Positions 55,003-64,000 of a stretch of 64,000 nt of DNA are shown here, piece after piece. The stretch covers positions 2,232,001 through 2,296,000 of the forward strand of contig OZ176054.1 in the NCBI GenBank assembly GCA_964247055.1, read 5' to 3'. The first letter of the stretch is position 1. Each line of letters begins with the position of its first letter. The position numbers and the translations under genes are program-made. The notes under the pieces are model-generated. The model saw only the letters and a program-made list of their open reading frames with translations, was not told the origin of the DNA and did not search any database. The stretch is from Paragordius varius (taxonomy: Eukaryota > Animalia > Nematomorpha).

Positions 55003-55721
55003 ATTTATAAACTACTATTAGTATAATAATATTATATTAACTTAATTTTCTGGAATAAACGTGTAAGGTACCGATTTGTGGTATCAATTTGTCTTTTAAG
55101 CTACCGATTTGTGGTATTAATTTGGCTTTTTAATAATGTTGGCAAGTAATAAAACTAAAATATTAAATAAATATTATATTACCTTAATTTTGTGAAATAA
55201 ACGTGTAAGGTACCGATTTGTGGTATCAATTTGTCTTTTAATCTAGAGATTTGTGGTATTAACTTGGCTTTTTGATAATAATGACAGTAGTAGTAGGAAG
55301 TATAGTGTATAATCATTGATATAAATTCGAAAAAAATAAATATTTTAAATTTAAAATAAAAAAATTTAATTTAAAATTGAATAGATTTTAAAGATATTTA
55401 ATGATAAAAAATTTAAACGGACAAAAAAAATTTATTTGTATTAAAAAAAATTTTTTTTATATAATCGTGAAAAAGCGGGACATTTAAAAACGTAGCAGAA
55501 AGCGGGACAAAGTGTGAAAAAGCGGGACTGTCCCGCCAAAAGCGGGACGTCTGGTCACCTTAAGTATACGTTACTAGTTTTTCATTAATTATTGCAAAAT
55601 AGCATAAAGCATAGGGTACTATTAGTCTGTGTTGCTATTTTCGCTTTTTACGAAAATTAGCCCTCTTTGCTAAATTCGGATTTCTGGCAATGTTTAATCA
55701 CTAGCAACGTATATTTACTCA

Positions 55722-57249
55722 TACGGTGACCAGATAGGCTGTTTTTCGCAGTACAGTACTGGATTTTCAGAAAAAAACTGCGACTGTACTGCGCCCACTT
55801 TTGTACTGCTTTTTGAAATTAAAAGAATAATATTTTATAAATATATATTAATTACTTTTTATTTCTTCAAAAAAAATTAAATTTTGATATAGCACTGTAA
55901 AAATAACCCTATTGTAAAGAAATGGTTCATTTTGCGGTAAAAAACTAAGATTGGCCTATTTCTTGGGGTAAATATCTTATTTTCTCCTCGAATTAAACAT
56001 AAAATTGGATTTTGGATCGGTCAAACCGCTTATGATTGCAGCCTTTCGCCCAATTACGAACTATAAATCTCGGACTTTAATTCAGGCTAATGGCTCTTTC
56101 ACTCAGGGTTTCCGCAAAAAGAGGTGCCTCAAGATTTAATATTAAAAAAATTAATTTATGATATTTTAATAAGTGTTTGATCAAGTTTAGAAAGTTCATT
56201 TTTTGTTAGAATTATTAAAAAATTATATAGAACTATTATTCCCGTAACTATTATATTTAAAATTTATTATATATGGCATATGATTTCGAAATATTCTTTT
56301 TTGAAAAAATTAAGAATTTTTACGTTTTCTATACATATTAGGTGGGAGGTATATTACTTTATTTTTTTCCTAAACTTTAATTTTGATTAGTTTTCTTATT
56401 TTTTTGTATAAACAAATTTGAGTTTTGTTGAAGCGTACTTCAAACTATTTTGAAGCATGATGGAAACGGTATAACGCTTTAAGATATAATAAAACCCTTT
56501 TTCTAAATAATTTGATGATGGTGAACATTATTATAGGTTCAGAAATTTAATTTAAAGGTTTGTTTACCAGCAAATTCGGTGAATTCTTGTAAAAAAACAC
56601 AATTTTTATTTAACATAAATTTGAAAACGAATGAAGATTCTAAGCAAATTTTTGAGTGAGAAGAATTTCAATATTATCGAATTATATTTTTATAAAGTGT
56701 TATAACATCTCAACTGTTTATACCGTTTCCATCATAAAAATTAAATTTTTGAAAGTATGCCTTTTAAAAAAATATATTTAGTCGATATCAAAATTTAGCA
56801 TATATTTAAAATTATTGCACAATGTCGAAATTTTTGCGTTTATTTTAAGAGCAGTCCATTTTAAAAGACCCCAAAAATTTGGGACTTTTAGCCCACATCT
56901 AAAAATTTAAAATATTTAAAAATATTGTTTTACTTTTTATATGTAGTTTATGTTATATTTTAGTGATATCTTTTGAAATAAGGCATTTAGCTTTCACCAA
57001 ATTTATTTGAAAAAATTGTGCAACTTTTGCAATTTTATACGAAACACTTACCTTAAAAGTGTAAACTTTTTAATAACTCGCAAAGGTTAAAACCAAAAGC
57101 ACCATGATAATCCTGATATTTACCAATCAGAATATATATATATTTCATCAGGATATTTTTAAATTGTGTAACACCATACCGATGGTGTAAAAATAGGCAA
57201 AATATGTTTTAATTTTGTACTGCGTCAAAGCATAAAATATCTGGTCACA
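55722..57249. mobile_element. Older non-autonomous Blackjack-like element with GTACTG subterminal motifs
   Basis: Left end TACGGTGACCAGAT, right end ATCTGGTCAC at 57239-57248. Flanks TTTACTCA / TTTA-TCA look like a decayed TSD. Contains a nested foldback. Confidence 0.5.
56380..57148. repeat. Copy of the long foldback family (left arm truncated)
   Basis: GATGGAAACGGTATAA mirrors TTATACCGTTTCCATC. The right arm matches 36200-36680. Confidence 0.6.
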
Positions 57250-57699
57250 TTTATCATACGGTAATATTTTATAATAAATATTTTTACAAATTGTAGAATT
57301 TGTATTTACTATATATTCATTTCGCTGATCGCGCAAAAAACGCGGAGGGCCGCGTGTTACATATCCATGGTTTAAATTATATTAACGGTTCTTTTACTCT
57401 TTTGTAATTCTACCTATGTAAGCCTTATTTATAAAATCCAATTGTAACATATAAATTATTGATTTTAAAGACTTGCCATATGTATTTTAATTTTATATCT
57501 TTTTCAAATCATAGATATATTTGGCTGAAAAGGGTTCGACTAAAATTATTTAAAATGATTGATACATCTAAAAGATTATAGAAATCATATTTTTGTTGAT
57601 CCAACATAGTTTTTAGGATTCATTTACTCCTCAGAAAACTATACTAAAATTTGATTATAAATCCTTTGCCGTTAACGCGGATTAAAAAAATTTATATTT

Positions 57700-58260
57700 T
57701 TATAAATCTTTTAGCGCACATATCAATAATTATTAATAGGCAAAGCTTTCGTTGATTATAAAAATATTTGAAAAAAATACAATTTTTAGCACATAAAAAT
57801 AAATTAAGCCATGATAAATGTTGGCAGAGCTTTGATTTTTTTTGATTGGGAAGGCCACATTTAACGACGGCGAACTGATATTCACCTACAAATAACGCAA
57901 TCTTTCCGCACTCCAAGCTCGATACTGCCTTTAAAACCTGATCTTCTACAATCTCCAATAATTTAACCTTGCTGGACATGATACTTGAAGATGCAGGATG
58001 TAAAACCTATTGGAAATCCAAATCAAATCCTACCCTTGACTCAGCCACCTTCAATCTTGAAGAAAGGCGTTGGCGGAATATAAACAAGATATACATCAAA
58101 ATTATATTAAATGGCTCCCAAACATATGGAAAGTTTAAAAAAGGAGTTGAAAACATGGATCCTAGGAGAGGCGTAATAGATATCTTACTATTCATAGGCA
58201 AGTATCAAAATTATAACTTTGGGGAGGGGGCGATAAAAAATTGATAAGGGAAAATAGGCA
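57700..58260 (+). mobile_element. Decayed CR1/L2-type LINE C-terminal remnant
   Basis: SKLDTA and FNLEERRWRNINKIYIKIILNG resemble the CR1 motif L.SLE.RR.R.D....YKI.NG. Confidence 0.45.
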
Positions 58261-58928
58261 AAATGGTAGGAACCACTAAACAACGTTAGTAACCTAAAAT
58301 GGTTATATGATTGAAAAAGCCGTCTAGACATGATAACAATACTGCATTTATAATTACATAATTTATTTAATTTCTATGACTATATCAAACATTAATATAA
58401 TTTGATTTAAATTTGAATAAATCAATTAAAATTTGGATGGTTTAACAACAATTCTAATAAATTTTAATTAAATATAATAATTAAGTAGTCATAATTAAGT
58501 ATTAAAATGTGGCAGCTTTAAAAATTTTCTTTGCGTGTGTATATAAAAATAAAGAGGTGTCAATTTGCAATCATATTTTTTTTATGAGATCTTGTTGTAC
58601 ACATAAATTTAAATATAAAATAGAATAATTAAATTTGAGTCAAATTTTGTTGCGTATAATTTCGAATGATATCCAAAATCTGTTGTAATGAAGTACAATA
58701 TTCCAACAAATTTTTCGCATAATCTTCGGTTGTTCTAATAGATAAAAGTACCTTTAATTGGTTAAAAAATATTTATGAAACCTTATTCCCACCATCGCTC
58801 GATAAGGTACAAGTCAATTTTGGCTCCTTAATATAACTTTTTATCAGTTTGAATTCATCGTGATTCATTTGAAATTGAACCTCAATCAACAAATTGTTCT
58901 GTTTAGATAAAATTAAAAATATACCTGG

Positions 58929-59640
58929 ACACTATAATAACCAGTGCATAAAGTTTGGATGTTTTTTGACATTAAACAAATATTTTTTGTGATTAAACAA
59001 TGTAATTGAGTATGATTGTAATCGGTGGTGTCAATAACAGTTAATTCCTTGATATTTTTTGGGGCAGATAAATTGGTTGAATAATTTACATTGAGTGAAA
59101 CTGAAAAAACATGTTTTAACTATTGGTTAGTAATTAAAAAAATTTACTTTTGATAATAAGCTAATTTGATAGATCCAATCAGTAATTTTCAAAAATTTAC
59201 TAGCTTTAAACTTTAAGATAAATTGGAAGATCGGCTTAGTATTGACAAATTTAAAATTATATTCCATATTAGTTTTGTTCTATAAATAAGAATAATTAAA
59301 TAAGTTTACAAGTGTAAAAAGTTCCTTTAAAGCTATCAAGCTCAAATATTCCTCCTGCGTACCAATCGGTATAAGAACATACAGGTTAATTGGTTGAAAA
59401 CATCGTATAGTTTGTAACACATCTAAGAGACTCTTAGAATTTAACCCCTTAATGGTCACCTTAAAACAAAAGTTTGTATATTTAAAGGATATAAGCCAAA
59501 AATATATATTTCGATTCAATTTATTAAAAACCGTGTTGGACTTCAAAGGCGAACTTTTATTAATGTCAGGAAAATGGATTAGGCATTGAGTCGAATCCAT
59601 GATGTTTTGAATAGAATGACCAAATTTCCCTAAAACAGCG
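58929..59640 (-). mobile_element. Possible Tc1-like remnant (one end plus transposase C-terminus)
   Basis: End sequence CACTA...CCAGT..AAAGTTTGGA resembles Tc1 TIRs. The reverse strand has FPDIN...NKLNRNIY (SPDLNPIE-like). Very degenerate. Confidence 0.35.
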
Positions 59641-60797
59641 ATAAAAAATAAATTAAAACGAATTTAAGGTATAGTTTTATAAACAATCCATTATAATATA
59701 ATTACCTATTATGGCAGAATGCTTGGAATAATCAACATCAATAGTAAGTAACATGGATAAAATAATTTATAAAATGAAAATAATTTAATTTGGATATTAT
59801 GCAACACGGAAAATTATATAGGGTTACTATAAGATTAATGACGCCATTCCAAATTGTTCTGGCGAGTCCAAAATTTTATCAAAAATTATCGAATATATAT
59901 GTATCACACCCAAAACACTTTCTTTCTCCAAAAATTTAGCTCAGAAAAATGTTGAATTACTAGTAACTCGATCCAATCTGACAGTTTTTGACAAGTATTG
60001 TTAAACAATTATTGCAGCAAATTAATACAGTGAAAAGTTGGATTGTAGTTTTGCTTTTCGATTTTAGAAATGTGTTACATTTAATAAATGATTTATAGTT
60101 TTTGTTATTTTATATTCCCTTTCATTTTTATTGCCCAAGTCTAATTTTTATATTTCTCATATCATTTAAAATTTGCTTTTTTATTACGTGTTGTTATCAT
60201 TAGAAATTTTTTTTGATTCCCTTCATCATGAAAAACAAAATGAAAATCGGCATTTGCTTGTATCATCAGCGTTTTCCATAAAAAATAAAAAACAATAAAA
60301 AAAACTTGAAACAAATTAACGGTACTAATTTAATAATATTTTAATTATGAATTCTTTTAACAAATTTTATAGGCAGCGCCAAAACGATATCCTGGCAAAT
60401 ATTTTTTATTCAAAACAATTTTGTCTATGAATAAATTAAGAATCGAATTAAAATCAATAGTTGATTTTACCTAAAATATAAAACTATACCAATTATTTTA
60501 TATCTAAATTATAGATGTTCAACACGCTTTTTGCGGTGCGCACAATATAAAAATTTTCAAAAAATTAAAAATTTGGATTTTCAAGAATTCACCATTATAT
60601 AAAAAATATATCGTCCGAAATTGAGCTTAAAATAAATAAATAAAACCAATAGCGACCCGCGAAATATCTCTGTTAATACCCCTGATCTAAATGTATAAAC
60701 GAATGCTTGGTAGCCCCACACTCAAATATTTCCTTCAATATTAAAGTGGGGCCTTATCGGAAACTTCAATTTTAAGCAGCTAAGTGGAGATTTTTAT

Positions 60798-60984
60798 CAG
60801 TTGTATTCAAACCGCGGTTCTAAATGTGCTTTTTTATGGTCCTGAATTATTTATTAACTTTTTGATACATAAATATTTGTAAATGTGTCAAACAGCTATT
60901 TTATCGGTGTTATATGGTGCACGGTTTTTGAGACAAGATAAATATTTTTTGCGGCCTTTTAATATTTTTTGGTGAGAACCACTG
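60798..60984. mobile_element. hAT MITE related to 299-505
   Basis: CAGTTGTATTCAAACCGCGG ... TATATGGTGCACGG...GAGACAAGATA ... GAGAACCACTG. TSD not preserved. Confidence 0.7.
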
Positions 60985-61451
60985 TGTTAGATTCTTTATT
61001 TTTTACATCCACACATTAATGTTTGTTAATTCCCATTATTTTTGGCTATGAGCAACAGTAGCGAATGAGGAAAAAACAACCAATGGTTGAAGTTAAAATT
61101 TAATCTATCTAACATTATTAAATTTTACTTAATTATAGAGATTATTTGTTTTATAACTTACCCTACTGCATCACCAATTGGCCAACAATAATGTGATTTG
61201 ACAAACATTAATGTGCATACTTTAACATTAATATTATTGCCGTATTTCATTGTGAACAAGCACCACTGTATTTTTTTTCTCCACAATTTGAATTTAATAT
61301 GTAACTGATAAATAAAAAATCACACTTAACGGACATGTAACTTAAATGCCCTTTTATCTAATCAAAACCGAAATGATAACAATAAATCGCACAGCTCTAG
61401 GCCATATTTTTAAATGACTAAAGGGGTATTTAATTTACATTCCAGCAACTA

Positions 61452-61633
61452 CAGTAGCGTATGCAGTAAAAGATTGTTAGTGCAAAAAAATCTTAATGAA
61501 CACAAAGCAGGGGGACAATTTTCATATATTAATTATCATTCAGTCCTATTTATAAACATATCCATAATATCCCCCTGTTTTGTGTTCATTAAGATTATTT
61601 TGCACTAACAATCTTTTACTGCATACGCTACTG
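61452..61633. mobile_element. Young Tc1/mariner-pogo-type MITE, copy 1 (182 bp)
   Basis: 64-bp TIRs (2 mismatches) starting CAGTAGCGTATGCAG, flanked by TA on both sides. Confidence 0.92.
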
Positions 61634-61935
61634 TATATATGATATTTATATTTTATTGTCACATGTTTAATAACACATTTTTTCTCCACAAGTTTTAAAA
61701 TGTAACTAATAACAACGAAAATTTACATAGCTATACACATGTATATTATTTCAATAATTAGTTAAAATAATATCTATTAAAATAAATCCTGCTGATATGA
61801 TATTATTGAAGCTACTTTATTGAAAATGTCATCTAGATTTATTTTAAATTTGATATTACAGTAATTCATAGATATTAATACTGTTATTTTTTTTTAATAT
61901 TACATTTAAAAGTTGTTTTACAAGTATACAAACAA

Positions 61936-63091
61936 TTACATGTATATATACATATTTACATGTACATACATGTCCCTTTTCGGTACATATCTTATTAGAG
62001 AACTGGTAGCATTGCATATGTCTCGTGCCTACTTCGATAATTAATTTTTTAAGTTTGATATATACAGTAGCGTATGCAGTAAAAGATTGTTAGTGCAAAA
62101 TAATCTTAATGAACACAAAACAGGGGGACAATTTTCATATATTAATTATTATTCAGTCCTATTTAAACATATCAATAATATCCCCCTGTTTTGTGTTCAT
62201 TAAGATTATTTTGCACTAACAATCTTTTACTGCATACGCTACTGTAACATTTTATTTTTCATGAAAATTACCTAAATGTGAAATAATTAGGTTTTAATGT
62301 GTAAATATCTATTTACTTAAATACAACGCATTCATATCAGTGCTTCGATTCAAATTGGGGTAGTTAGATGCCTAAAATTAAATATTTTAAAATATTGAAT
62401 AAATTAAAACCATGGCAAATGTTTGCACCTATATGACTTATAACCGTAATATAATAAAATTATTCACAGAGGTAAAACCCAAAGCTAAAAATTTAGCCAC
62501 CATGACATGTGAGCATAAGCTAAATGTAAAAATAATGCAAAATATACCACTTTTACTGTTTATATCAATGTTAAAGATTTAAAAAAGTAATCTTAATTTT
62601 AGGCTTAGAATCATATAAACACGAGATTTTACGGAAATGTTTTAAAATAAAAATGGGTCCAACTGGTTTGATACGGAACTTTTTATCTAAAACTATTTTG
62701 ATATTTTGGCTTATATATATAATTTTTAATAGGATAGAAGCACTAATTTAAATTAAAACCGTTTGTTTCAGTATTTTTTCAAAAATTTCAACTTAAATAT
62801 TATCTGGCGTATACTACCCCAATTTGAATGAAGGACTGATATGAATGTGTTGTATCTAAGTGTTAAATAGATGTTTACACATTAAAACCTAATTATTTCA
62901 CATTTAGGTAATTTTCATGAAAAATAAAATATTATATATCAAACTTAAAAAATTAATTATCGAAGTAGGCACAACACTTGCCAGTTCTCCAATAAGATAT
63001 GTAAGGGACATATTGCAATGATATTATATCTCTCATATATGTGTACCGAAAAGGGACATGTAAGTACATATAAATATATGTGTACATGTAA
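61936..63091. mobile_element. Long foldback element with a MITE inserted in its left arm
   Basis: ACATGTCCCTTTTCGGTAC mirrors GTACCGAAAAGGGACATGT, and 62245-62400 mirrors 62770-62930. Confidence 0.8.
62065..62244. mobile_element. Young Tc1/mariner-pogo-type MITE, copy 2 (180 bp)
   Basis: Perfect 64-bp TIRs. The TA duplication is confirmed by the empty site in the opposite foldback arm (~62925-62945). Confidence 0.93.
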
Positions 63092-64000
63092 TCTATATAT
63101 TTATAAAAATAAAAAGTGGTGGCTTTGTGATCTGTTTCCGGAAAACCGGTAGACCCATTCAAATCTAAATATCAAAAAAATATGATCATTAATGAATGCC
63201 CCGACAATAGCTTCGTAAAAATTCTATAAGGATTTTAGGTGTTCCCTGTTAAAAGGCAAAAATTATAGTCAAGCGTTTCTTTGATGATAGCTGCTGGGTA
63301 GGGAGATACCCGCTAAAAACTGACCCGTCATATCGAAGCTTTTGGGGCTAAATTTTAAAAAACCTCTCAGGCCATATGAGTTCAATAACTGCTTAAAATA
63401 TTATCCGTAAAGCGCTTTTTTGTATCATGCCTCTGGGTAGGGAGCTACCTGCCTACAACTGCGCCACCATATTAAAATTGCGTTGTTTAGGAGTTAATTT
63501 TCAGAAAACTTATCAGGGGTAAGTTTTATAAGGGTCTGAAATATTACCCGTAAAAAGGCAAAAATTTAAGCCGAGCGCTTTTAAATTAGCGGTTAAATAG
63601 GCCCTTTACGCCCTAAAAAATGCGCTATCATTGAACTATTATTTAGTTTTGAAGCCATTTTTCCATAAACTATTAAGAGCATATGGAATGAATGATGATT
63701 CCAGGTATTCCCATAAAGGCTAGAAATATCGAACGTCTTTTTTATATTGGCCTCTGGTTAGGGAACTACCCGCCTAAAACTGCGCCACCATATCAAAATT
63801 GCGTTGTTTGGGAGTTAATTTTCAGAAATCCGGCCATATAAGTTTAAGGGCCTGAAATATTACCCGTAAAAAGGCAAAAATTTAGGTCGAGCGGATTTTT
63901 TAAATTAGCGGTTAATTAGGCTCTGGGAAGGGGGATACCCACGTAAAAATGTGTCACTATATCGATAAAGCATGCCTTTGGAGCCATATTTCAGGAAACT
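63092..64000 (+). mobile_element. Non-autonomous Helitron (5' part; runs off the window)
   Basis: A^TCTATATATTTATAAAAAT terminus, sequence shared with 45470-46455, and internal ~300-bp tandem subunits. Confidence 0.72.

Larger units (their letters stand above)
52324..55562 (-). mobile_element. hAT-Blackjack-like DNA transposon, copy B (3239 bp)
   Basis: Same 13-bp TIRs as copy A, in opposite orientation. Its own exact TSD is AGTATACG (52316-52323, 55563-55570). Confidence 0.92.

Noticed and set aside
343-63162. Remaining 60-90 aa ORFs in the track (F/I/K/L/N-rich)
   Set aside because: Their composition is that expected from random AT-rich or TE sequence, and they have no domains or splice context.
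1-64000. tRNA, rRNA, snRNA, spliced-leader genes and CRISPR arrays
   Set aside because: No cloverleaf or T-loop context, no recognisable snRNA/SL sequence and no repeat-spacer array were seen by eye. A tRNAscan-SE/Infernal run would be needed to exclude divergent ncRNAs.

Overview
This is strongly AT-rich, intron-containing animal DNA; the species cannot be determined from the window. I can support three host genes. (1) A four-exon prospero/Prox gene (+, 17561-22015, about 798 aa); the ORF track shows only part of it, and its homeo-prospero domain lies in three small spliced exons. (2) A single-exon mitochondrial ribosomal protein bL36m/MRPL36 with a long C-terminal extension (+, 41929-42279). 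(3) A CPPED1-like metallophosphoesterase (-, at least 4 exons in 44476-48424, first exon unresolved). The other recognisable features are transposon-derived: two copies of a hAT-Blackjack-like element with intact TIRs and 8-bp TSDs, a Buster/Charlie-like hAT that hosts one of them, two decayed Mos1-like mariners, non-autonomous Helitrons, RTE/L2/CR1 and Gypsy remnants, and several MITE/foldback families. Long stretches remain unassigned. The two most striking observations: (a) both Blackjack-like copies carry an inverted, condensed copy of their own transposase gene right behind the stop codon, so the element is a potential built-in hairpin-RNA (self-silencing) transposon; (b) the CPPED1 reading frame needs a GT-AG intron of only 25 nt (or 19 nt). 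I found no tRNA, rRNA or CRISPR. All protein-family calls rest on motif recognition, not database searches.
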